Shown: in pieces, positions 7,376 to 15,210 of the stretch
How the letters are laid out: each line of letters starts with the position of its first letter
How positions within the stretch are numbered: position 1 is the first letter of the stretch
Assembly (NCBI GenBank): GCA_021323155.1
Contig: JAJTCI010000002.1
Span: 1 to 35,411 of the forward strand
Length of the DNA stretch: 35,411 nucleotides
Direction: 5' to 3'
DNA from: Chitinophagaceae bacterium
GTDB lineage: Bacteria > Bacteroidota > Bacteroidia > Chitinophagales > Chitinophagaceae
Program-made: the position numbers and the translations under genes
Notes under the pieces: model-generated
Databases searched by the model: none
What the model was told of the DNA's origin: nothing
What the model saw: only the letters and a program-made list of their open reading frames with translations

Positions 7376-8704
7376 ATGAGATCCATCCGGGTAATACTAT
7401 TCTGTATTGCTGTAAACACAATATCCCTGACCGCGATGAGTCAAAGCGACCCCATCGGCGACTTCAATCACTACTATATAAAGAGCATCGATAAGCTAAG
7501 AGTTTTGTATGGACACCGGGGCGTAACGTTTGCGTGCGATGATATACACGATCCGTATTTACAGGTGTCAGAAATGTTGCGTGCCTATAAACGCCAATAC
7601 GATCGGTTGGGTGTGCTTTTTTACAGCTACCAGGATGATTCGCTGCGGACCTGGCTCCTCAAAAAAGACGAGCTGTTTTATGAAGTGAGGCACCTGCCCC
7701 GGGAGGCGTTGATCGAGGCGGAAACCGACATAAGAAAGGCGCTAAAGGTCGACCTTTTACTGGCAGCCCGAGACGCAAAGAACAGAGGCCTGACGATCAA
7801 AACTAAAGACACTGTTGCAAGAAAAAGCCTGGAAGCCAGTATTCGAAAGGCCACGGAATATTTATTACCCGGCAGCATCGCAACTAACCTAAACGGTTTA
7901 AAACACCTGGTAGTTATTCCTGAATTCAACATCAGCCAGTTTCCGCTGTATTTGTTGCAACCATATCGTACAAATGCTTACCTGGTGGACAGCGTTTCCA
8001 TTTCCATTGCACCGCATCTTTGTAATCTTCGTTATGCGGTAGACCGGTACGGCGACCTCGTTGGAAGTGCACATTCGCTAAAACCTAAGAACCCGGTGAT
8101 CGTCGGCAACCCGGCGTTCACAAAAGATACGGGCTATAATCTCTCCCCGTTGCCCGGGGCGGAGAGTGAAGCCAGCACCATTGCTACAATGTTGAATGCA
8201 AGCGCACTGACGGGTAAAAATGCCACCATTTCTAAAATCCTTGAAGCCGCCAAGGAGTCTAACCTGCTCTATTTTGCGACGCATGGATACGCCGACCTAG
8301 AGAACGGTTTGGCCGGGAGTTTCCTGGCGTTTACACCAGATAGCATCAATGCAAAAGGACTATGGAACGCAAAAAGTATCCAGGAGCAAAATTTTGACGC
8401 CGGCATCTCGCTGGCTGTTCTTAGTGCCTGCCAGACTGGTGTGGGAAAACTTTATGACGCAGGCTTTATCGGCATTGGAAGGGCTTTTTACAAAGCGGGC
8501 ATCGATCATACCGTCATGAGTTTATGGAGCGTAGATGACGCTGCTACAAAAAAACTAATGACACGCTTTCTGAAAATACTCGTCGATGAAGACCTTTATT
8601 TTTATCCCGCCTCTCACCTTCGCAGGGCTATACTCGAATTCAAAAAAGAAGATCCCAATCCTGCACACTGGGCGCCATTCATGCTGTTCGGGTTTCCTTA
8701 TTAA
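7376..8704 (+). CDS. CHAT domain-containing protein with N-terminal signal peptide
   Basis: The start is the ATG at 7376 (MRSIRVILFCIAVNTISLTAMSQ). The C-terminal half carries a caspase-like His/Cys dyad context (LLYFATHGYAD and LAVLSACQTGVGK) and a DHTVMSLWSVDD segment, all typical of CHAT. Confidence 0.75.
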   Translation: MRSIRVILFCIAVNTISLTAMSQSDPIGDFNHYYIKSIDKLRVLYGHRGVTFACDDIHDPYLQVSEMLRAYKRQYDRLGVLFYSYQDDSLRTWLLKKDELFYEVRHLPREALIEAETDIRKALKVDLLLAARDAKNRGLTIKTKDTVARKSLEASIRKATEYLLPGSIATNLNGLKHLVVIPEFNISQFPLYLLQPYRTNAYLVDSVSISIAPHLCNLRYAVDRYGDLVGSAHSLKPKNPVIVGNPAFTKDTGYNLSPLPGAESEASTIATMLNASALTGKNATISKILEAAKESNLLYFATHGYADLENGLAGSFLAFTPDSINAKGLWNAKSIQEQNFDAGISLAVLSACQTGVGKLYDAGFIGIGRAFYKAGIDHTVMSLWSVDDAATKKLMTRFLKILVDEDLYFYPASHLRRAILEFKKEDPNPAHWAPFMLFGFPY

Positions 8705-9302
8705 CCTTGGGCGTATCCTTATACTTCCATAAATGCAGGCAGGCATAAGTCCGGTAGGGCTTCCATTTTTCCGAGAGCTTTATCATCTTCTCACGGAACT
8801 CTTTTTTGTTTGAATTATCGAGTCGATAAGTTTTAACCATCGCCTGTTGAATGCCGAGATCATCGGGGGCGAACACATCTTCTCTCCCGAGTGTGAACAT
8901 CAACAACATTTCGACGGTCCACCTTCCAACACCTTTTATCCGGGTGAGCATTTCAATGATCTCTTCATTGGGCATCGCCAGTAACTTCTTATCGGTGATC
9001 TTGTGCTCGATACAAAACCTGGCTACATTCTGCACGTAGCTCACCTTGGCATTGGAAAGCCCGATGCCGCGGAGCTTCTCAAAAGGTGTATCCAGCACCT
9101 GCTGGGGTTTGGGTTCCTTTCCCTTATACAGTTCTAAAAAACGCCGGTAAATTACCTGTGCCACTTTGGTGCTGAGTTGCTGGCTCATGATGCTTGCCAT
9201 CAGCCGAAGGGGAATATTCTTGTGCAACGTCAACTCGTGGACCTCACTGCCAAGGATCTTTGCAAGTTTTTTGTCTTTCTGTAAGTGGGCGATGTACTCC
9301 AT
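8679..9302 (-). CDS. HhH-GPD DNA glycosylase (DNA-3-methyladenine glycosylase II / AlkA-like)
   Basis: 207 aa. Helix-hairpin-helix segment IKGVGRWTVEMLLMFTLGREDVFAPDDLGI with the conserved Asp. The 3' end overlaps the CHAT gene by 26 nt (convergent). Confidence 0.75.
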   Translation of the reverse strand: MEYIAHLQKDKKLAKILGSEVHELTLHKNIPLRLMASIMSQQLSTKVAQVIYRRFLELYKGKEPKPQQVLDTPFEKLRGIGLSNAKVSYVQNVARFCIEHKITDKKLLAMPNEEIIEMLTRIKGVGRWTVEMLLMFTLGREDVFAPDDLGIQQAMVKTYRLDNSNKKEFREKMIKLSEKWKPYRTYACLHLWKYKDTPKVNKETRTA

Positions 9303-9441
9303 GTCGGCAAGGTAGCCATTTGGGAAACAGGCTGGAAACCATCTATAGAAACACCGGATGCCGGGAGTGCCGGATGGTTTTTTTGGATACTTTTACCAGA
9401 GCGGCTCCTATTGAGCCGATTTTTTTAAAACGACTACTTGT

Positions 9442-11076
9442 ATGTGGAAAAAACATCCTAAGGCCCTGCCCTTTCTTTTCTTTTCCGAAATGTGGGAGCG
9501 CTTCGGTTACTACCTGATGATCGGCATCTTCACGCTTTACCTTAAAGACGTGAAAGAGGGTTTCTCGATGACGGAAGCAGAGTCGGCGGACCTCTATGGA
9601 ACCTTTATCGGGCTCGTGTTCCTGACGCCTTTCCTGGGCGGGCTGTTGGCCGACAGGTATCTTGGGTACAGGAGATCGATCATCATCGGAGGGCTTATGA
9701 TGGGCGCGGGTTATTGCCTGATGGCCGTGCACAGCCTGCCGATGTTGTATGTCTCGATGACACTCGTGATCATCGGTAACGGCTTCTTCAAACCGAACAT
9801 TTCCACTTTGCTTGGGAACGTTTACACAACGCCGCAGTATGTGCATCAAAAAGATGACGGGTATAATATCTTCTACATGGGTATTAACATCGGCGCCTTT
9901 ATCTGTAACTTCTTCGGTGCTGCCTTGTACAATATATTTAACTGGGGTACGGCATTCATGGCCGCGGGCGTGGGCATGTTCATCGGGGTGATCATATTTA
10001 TGATCGGTACCAAACATTACAAAGCTTTTGATATCAGGAAAGGCGTTGGTCCCAACGATATGTCCATGACCCGTATCACGTCCTTGATCCTTATACCGGC
10101 TGTTGTTGCCGGTGCAATCGGCTGGTTACTTCCGGGCTCTTTATTCGGATCCGACTCTACCGACGCGTTCATCTTCGCCTGTATCCCGGTGATAATTTTC
10201 TATTCAACGTTATATTTTAAGGCTCCTGCGGAGGACAAGAGGCCCATTGCTGCCCTGCTGGCAATATTCGCCGTTGTTGTGTTGTTCTGGGCCGTGTTCA
10301 AACAAAATGGTTCCGCCTTGAATACCTGGGCTGACCGCTATACAGACAGGGAAGTAAAGGGACTGGCAAGTGACGCCTTTTCTGGTTTGAAGATCGCGGA
10401 TACACTGTATTACAAAAAAGATTCCGTGGCGGTATATGATGAATTGTTCAGGCTGCAGCGCAACGCGGAAGGCAAGGCGATCAAAGAAATAAATTACCCG
10501 CCTTATTTCAGGAATATGGCAGCGGATGCACGTCCGGCGGACGGGGGGTTTGCAGTACTTTGGGCAACTAACCTGAGCCAATCGATCAACCCGGGCTGGG
10601 TAATACTTTTAACTCCTTTGATAGTCGCATTCTTTGCCTTCCTGAGACGAAGAAATAAAGAACCTTCTACAGCGACCAAGATCGCGTTTGGGTTGCTCAT
10701 TTCGGGATTATCCGCATTGGTGATGGTCGCTGCCGTTTATGCGAATAACAACGGTGCCGAGAAGGCGAGCGTGTTATGGCTGATGGCAGGATATGGTGTG
10801 ATAACGATCGGAGAATTGTTATTGAGTCCAATGGGACTGTCACTTGTTTCGAAGCTCAGCCCTGTACGGATCACCTCGTTGATGATGGGCGGATGGTTCG
10901 TATCCACTTCAATTGGAAATAAACTTTCCGGTGTACTGGCGAGTATGTGGGACACCTATGAAGACAAGAAGAATTATTTCCTCCTGAATTTCATACTGCT
11001 CATGTTTGCAGCGGTGCTCTGCTTCGCTATGCTGAAATGGCTGAACCGGATCATGAAGGAAAAGGGAATCCAGTAA
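9442..11076 (+). CDS. POT/PTR2 family proton-dependent oligopeptide transporter (MFS)
   Basis: 544 aa. The signature ExxERFxYY appears as FSEMWERFGYYLM. It is polytopic throughout and has the FYMGINIGAF motif. Confidence 0.9.
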   Translation: MWKKHPKALPFLFFSEMWERFGYYLMIGIFTLYLKDVKEGFSMTEAESADLYGTFIGLVFLTPFLGGLLADRYLGYRRSIIIGGLMMGAGYCLMAVHSLPMLYVSMTLVIIGNGFFKPNISTLLGNVYTTPQYVHQKDDGYNIFYMGINIGAFICNFFGAALYNIFNWGTAFMAAGVGMFIGVIIFMIGTKHYKAFDIRKGVGPNDMSMTRITSLILIPAVVAGAIGWLLPGSLFGSDSTDAFIFACIPVIIFYSTLYFKAPAEDKRPIAALLAIFAVVVLFWAVFKQNGSALNTWADRYTDREVKGLASDAFSGLKIADTLYYKKDSVAVYDELFRLQRNAEGKAIKEINYPPYFRNMAADARPADGGFAVLWATNLSQSINPGWVILLTPLIVAFFAFLRRRNKEPSTATKIAFGLLISGLSALVMVAAVYANNNGAEKASVLWLMAGYGVITIGELLLSPMGLSLVSKLSPVRITSLMMGGWFVSTSIGNKLSGVLASMWDTYEDKKNYFLLNFILLMFAAVLCFAMLKWLNRIMKEKGIQ

Positions 11077-11095
11077 CTGATATACGCGATTATTG

Positions 11096-11127
11096 AAAGG
11101 CGGTGAGCAATCATCGCCTTTTTTGTT
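11096..11127 (+). terminator. Rho-independent terminator after POT gene
   Basis: Stem GGCGGTGA, GCAA tetraloop, stem TCATCGCC (8 bp including one G-T wobble), flanked by AA/TT and followed by TTTTTTGTTTT. It starts 20 nt after the stop. Confidence 0.7.
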
Positions 11128-11156
11128 TTATTTTTATTTTAACCAAAATCAACCAA

Positions 11157-13244
11157 ATGGCGGAGCAAAAACGTTTTAAACCTTTCATTGCGGATGACGC
11201 GAGAGTAAAGGAGTTTACCGTTAAGTCCATCGTGATGGGCAGTATCTTCGGTATCATCTTCGGTGCAGCAACCGTTTACCTGGCGCTTAAAGCCGGCCTC
11301 ACCGTCTCGGCCTCTATCCCGATCGCTGTTATTGCCATCACTCTCGGCCGCAGGTTTCTAAAGACTACAATACTGGAGAACAACATTATCCAGACCACGG
11401 GGTCGGCTGGGGAAAGTGTGGCTGCAGGCGTTGTGTTTACGCTTCCTGGCTTTTTGTTCCTGAGTGACCCGGAAAGCGCCAGTTTCTTCAACTACATGAC
11501 GATCTTAACGCTCGCCATTTTCGGAGGGATCCTCGGCACACTGATGATGATACCGCTGCGCCGTTCACTCATCGTTAAAGAACATGGCATCCTGCCTTAT
11601 CCCGAAGGAACGGCTTGTGGTGACGTGTTGATCGCCGGTGAAAAAGGCGGCGACTTCGCTAAGACGGCTTTCTGGGGGCTTGGCTTCGCCTTCGCGTATG
11701 CCTTACTTCAAAAAGTTTTTCACGTGGTCGCCGAGGTGCCGCATTTCATGACGCAGCAGGCGAACAAGTATTTTCCATCCGCGCGGGTAAGTGGAGAAAT
11801 CACACCCGAATATTTGGGTGTGGGTTATATCATTGGGCCGAAGATCGGTGGCGTACTGGTAGCAGGTGGCGTGTTCGCCTGGCTGGTGGCGATTCCTTTA
11901 CTTGCTTCGCTCGTGCCACCGGAAGTGATCGCAGCGCAACAGGTTAAACTTGGTTATATGGCCAATATGACCGCAGTGGGCGGAAAGGGGGGCTGGGACC
12001 CGGTAGCAAAGACCTTTACCGATTATTCCGCCGCGATCTATTACGCGTATATCAGGCAGATCGGCGCCGGCGCAGTGGCGGCGGGTGGATTCATCACACT
12101 CATCAAAACAATTCCCACGATCATTTCATCTTTCAAAGGAAGCATTAGCTCATTGAAAAAATCGAAGGATGCTGGTGATAACGTAATACCAAGAACCGAA
12201 AGAGACCTGTCCATAAAAATTGTCGGCATCGGTAGCCTCGTACTAATCCTGTTGATGACTGTTCTTCCACAGGTCCCGGGTGACAGCATCGCGAGTAAGC
12301 TTCTTCTCGGCATTCTCGTGATCATCTTCGGCGCATTCTTCGTTACCGTTTCATCAAGGATCGTTGGCTTGATCGGTTCTTCGAATAACCCGATCAGCGG
12401 AATGACCATCGCGACGCTGATGGGAACATGTTTAATATTCATTGCAGTTGGATGGACTGGAAAAGCGTATGAGCCTATGGCCCTGGTGGTGGGTGGTATG
12501 ATCTGTATCGCCGCAGCGAATGCTGGCGCCACTTCCCAGGACCTAAAGAGCGGGTACATAGTGGGGGCCACGCCGAAATACCAACAGATTGCTTTGTTTA
12601 TAGGTGTGATCGTTTCGTCCATCGTAATTGGGCTCACCGTTAAGTTTCTCGATCAGCCAACTGCAGCTATGTTGCAAGCTGATCCTACCATGAAGCACGC
12701 GATCGGAAGCGCTGCCTATCCCGCACCACAGGGAACGCTGATGGCCACGCTGGCAAAAGGCATCTTGTCCTTTAATCTCGATTGGCAGTTTGTACTGGTA
12801 GGCGTCTTCCTGGCTATCGTAATGGAGCTTTGCGGTATCAAGTCGCTGAGCTTCGCAGTAGGCGCTTATCTCCCGCTTTCTACAACACTTCCGATCTTTA
12901 TAGGCAGTGCGATCAGGGGAATCGTCACCTGGAAGAAATTGAAAAAAGATGAGTCGCTCGCTGAAGAAGAGGAATTGGGTAAAGGAAATTTATTTGCGAC
13001 GGGCCTGGTAGCAGGCGGCGCCGTTGCCGGTGTAGTGGTCGCCGGGTTTGCAGGGTTTGATACGACAGCAGCCTGGCTTGCCAGCGTGAACGCAGAGCAT
13101 GGCATATCGAAATCGCTTGGCCAGGGAGGTTATTTCATCCTGGGCACTTTGTTCTTTGCCTTTATTTGTTATGTACTTTACCGCGTGGCGATGAAAAAAG
13201 ACAAGAATCTCTCAACGCCCGACACCAACCAACCAAGAATGTAG
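11157..13244 (+). CDS. OPT family oligopeptide transporter
   Basis: The start is the ATG at 11157 (MAEQKRFKPF...). About 695 aa and polytopic. Motifs typical of bacterial OPT proteins: NIIQTTGSAGESVAAGVVFTLPG and SQDLKSGYIVGATP. Confidence 0.85.
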   Translation: MAEQKRFKPFIADDARVKEFTVKSIVMGSIFGIIFGAATVYLALKAGLTVSASIPIAVIAITLGRRFLKTTILENNIIQTTGSAGESVAAGVVFTLPGFLFLSDPESASFFNYMTILTLAIFGGILGTLMMIPLRRSLIVKEHGILPYPEGTACGDVLIAGEKGGDFAKTAFWGLGFAFAYALLQKVFHVVAEVPHFMTQQANKYFPSARVSGEITPEYLGVGYIIGPKIGGVLVAGGVFAWLVAIPLLASLVPPEVIAAQQVKLGYMANMTAVGGKGGWDPVAKTFTDYSAAIYYAYIRQIGAGAVAAGGFITLIKTIPTIISSFKGSISSLKKSKDAGDNVIPRTERDLSIKIVGIGSLVLILLMTVLPQVPGDSIASKLLLGILVIIFGAFFVTVSSRIVGLIGSSNNPISGMTIATLMGTCLIFIAVGWTGKAYEPMALVVGGMICIAAANAGATSQDLKSGYIVGATPKYQQIALFIGVIVSSIVIGLTVKFLDQPTAAMLQADPTMKHAIGSAAYPAPQGTLMATLAKGILSFNLDWQFVLVGVFLAIVMELCGIKSLSFAVGAYLPLSTTLPIFIGSAIRGIVTWKKLKKDESLAEEEELGKGNLFATGLVAGGAVAGVVVAGFAGFDTTAAWLASVNAEHGISKSLGQGGYFILGTLFFAFICYVLYRVAMKKDKNLSTPDTNQPRM

Positions 13245-13265
13245 CACACAAGCATAACAAACAAA

Positions 13266-13288
13266 AAAGCCCCGCAATGCGGGGCTTT
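13266..13288. terminator. Bidirectional rho-independent terminator between convergent genes
   Basis: Stem AAAGCCCCGC, loop aat, stem GCGGGGCTTT (10-bp perfect stem). An A-run lies upstream and a T-run downstream, so it can act on both strands. Confidence 0.75.
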
Positions 13289-13302
13289 AATTTTTTAGAA
13301 GC

Positions 13303-13509
13303 TCATTCTTCAAGCAATTCATCATCGGCGTCTTTTACAAAAGACAGGATGATCATCGAAACACCGAAGATGATAAAGGTGATGCCACACCAGCGGTTGA
13401 TGTTTTTCGCCGCCACGCTGTCAGTGGTGAAGCTGTACCCGATCAGCAATAACGCCACCACCGAAAAGAAGAGTCCTATCACAAATCTCAGGTCAAGTAT
13501 CTTATTCAT
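13303..13509 (-). CDS. Small (68 aa) two-TM membrane protein downstream of the SSS symporter
   Basis: ATG start 10 nt after the symporter stop. Two clear hydrophobic helices (FVIGLFFSVVALLLIGY and ITFIIFGVSMIILSF) and an acidic tail DADDELLEE. It is followed by the strong terminator. No family recognised. Confidence 0.45.
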   Translation of the reverse strand: MNKILDLRFVIGLFFSVVALLLIGYSFTTDSVAAKNINRWCGITFIIFGVSMIILSFVKDADDELLEE

Positions 13510-13519
13510 ATAATATGAT

Positions 13520-15172
13520 TTAGTAGAAGATGATGTTTAATACGATCGTCGCGATCAAAACAATGATGCCCAGCCACAAAGGATTTTTATACCAGCGCTT
13601 GTCGGGGTCGGTCTGTCGTGGCGTTAAGCTGTACACGAGCCCAACCAGTTCATCCTTCGCTTTGGGCTTCGTGACAAAGCTGAGCACCATCGTTACGACA
13701 AAGCACACTACGAAAGCAATCCACGCGATATTGAAAGCCTGGCCTGTTCCCGATTGGAAGGTATGCAGGTTATCGATCCATCCGCCTTTTCCTTCCGCGA
13801 CCGTGAGCCCGTGTGTAAGCGCCGCACTCGCCGTTCCCGCGATCAACCCCCAGAACGCCGCATGCCCTGTCGTTCTCCTCCAGAACATACCGAGGAAGAA
13901 TGTTGCAAATAACGGCGCATTCACAAACCCGAACACGAGTTGCAAAAGGTCCATGATGCTATTAAAGCCCTGTGCTACATAAGCAGTGGCAATGGAAGCC
14001 AGTATTCCAACGACCGTTGTCGCCTTACCTACGTTGAGATAATGTTTTTCAGAAGCGTTCTTCTTTATATGTGATTGGTAAATATCAAACGTCCACACTG
14101 TATTGAACGCCGTCACATTCCCGGCCATACCGCTCATGAACGAAGCGATGAGGGCGGTGATTCCAACACCCAGTATCCCGCTCGGGTATAATTGTTCGAG
14201 CAGCTTTGGCAAGACCATGTTATAATTGGTCTGCCCGCTTTCCGTCAGCGGAAGATCAAAAGCCGCGGACTGGGTTTGCAAGGCAAGTATGATGATACCC
14301 GGGAGTATCACGATCAAAGGCATCAGTATTTTTGGAACAGCCGCGATGATCGGTGTGCGTCTCGCTTCGTTGAGATTTCGCGATATCATCGCACGTTGCA
14401 CTACGAGAAAATCTGTACACCAGTAACCGAAGGCTAGCACGAAGCCGAGACCAAAGACCATGGCAAAAGCATCCACGCCCATCGGGTTGCCGGCGGGGCT
14501 GTCCATCCCTTTCCATAGATGCAGTTTTGCATTGTCAACGTTGGCGACAATCCCTTCCCAGCCACCTGCTTTTTGTAACCCGAGGTAAACAAGTGGCGCG
14601 ATGCCCAGGACGATCAGGAAGAACTGCAACACCTCGTTATATACGGCGCTCGTCAGCCCACCCAGGTAGGTGTATATTAAAACAATACCCGCGGCGATCC
14701 ACACAGACAAGTGAAAGTCCCAACCAAGTATCACCTGCATCAGCATGGCCAATGCATACAAGGAAATACCAGACGAGAAGACTGTCATGGCGGCAAACGT
14801 AATTGCGTTAAATGTCCGGGTCTTTTCATCGAAACGAAGTTTGAGGTATTCCGGTACGCTGCGTGCCTTGCTGCCATAGTAAAACGGCATCATGTAAATA
14901 CCCAGGAATACCATGGCAAAGGCAGCCCCCAGCCAGTAAAAGTGGGCGGTATAGAGGCCGTATTTCGCCCCGCTAGCAGCCATCCCCAATACTTCCTGCG
15001 CGCCGAGGTTAGCGGAAATAAAAGCGAGCGAAGTGATCCACAGCGGGATACTGCGGTTACTCATCAGAAAGTCGTTACCGGTTTTTACCCGTCGTTTCAA
15101 CAGGAACCCGATGCCTATAACAAAAAAGAAATAGATGGCAATGATCAGGTAATCTACAATCTCTAGTTTCAT
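13520..15172 (-). CDS. Sodium:solute symporter family (SGLT-like sugar transporter)
   Basis: 550 aa and polytopic. The N-terminus (YLIIAIYFFFVIGIGFLLKRRVKTGNDFLMSNRSIPLW) and internal motifs are typical of the SSS family. Its position next to galactosidases suggests monosaccharide uptake. Confidence 0.85.
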   Translation of the reverse strand: MKLEIVDYLIIAIYFFFVIGIGFLLKRRVKTGNDFLMSNRSIPLWITSLAFISANLGAQEVLGMAASGAKYGLYTAHFYWLGAAFAMVFLGIYMMPFYYGSKARSVPEYLKLRFDEKTRTFNAITFAAMTVFSSGISLYALAMLMQVILGWDFHLSVWIAAGIVLIYTYLGGLTSAVYNEVLQFFLIVLGIAPLVYLGLQKAGGWEGIVANVDNAKLHLWKGMDSPAGNPMGVDAFAMVFGLGFVLAFGYWCTDFLVVQRAMISRNLNEARRTPIIAAVPKILMPLIVILPGIIILALQTQSAAFDLPLTESGQTNYNMVLPKLLEQLYPSGILGVGITALIASFMSGMAGNVTAFNTVWTFDIYQSHIKKNASEKHYLNVGKATTVVGILASIATAYVAQGFNSIMDLLQLVFGFVNAPLFATFFLGMFWRRTTGHAAFWGLIAGTASAALTHGLTVAEGKGGWIDNLHTFQSGTGQAFNIAWIAFVVCFVVTMVLSFVTKPKAKDELVGLVYSLTPRQTDPDKRWYKNPLWLGIIVLIATIVLNIIFY

Positions 15173-15210
15173 ACAGCAGTTGGGTTAGTGAGTATAATTT
15201 TACGGCGGAG

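Noticed and set aside
7376-8704. The CHAT protein as part of an antiphage or CRISPR-associated defence system
   Set aside because: No TPR, sensor, nuclease, cyclase or CRISPR component is adjacent. The neighbours are metal-homeostasis and DNA-repair genes, and the protein appears to be exported.
9336-9384. 8-bp stem (AAACCATC / GATGGTTT) followed by a T7 run, upstream of the POT gene; a possible leader terminator or attenuator
   Set aside because: The loop is 29 nt with only weak internal pairing. There is almost no room for a promoter between the alkA-like start (9302) and the stem. No competing antiterminator is evident. It is too weak to call.
9343-10017. 224-aa ORF on the minus strand
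   Set aside because: It lies entirely antisense to the well-supported POT transporter and the upstream gap. The translation is His/Arg/Pro-rich with no motif. It is a typical shadow ORF.
12041-12637. 198-aa ORF on the minus strand
   Set aside because: It is antisense to the OPT transporter gene, and its composition mirrors that of the transporter's opposite strand. Shadow ORF.
13166-13513. 115-aa plus-strand ORF competing with the 68-aa minus-strand call
   Set aside because: It starts inside the 3' end of the OPT gene in another frame and reads straight through the 10-bp-stem terminator. The minus-strand ORF has clear TM helices and operon-like spacing.
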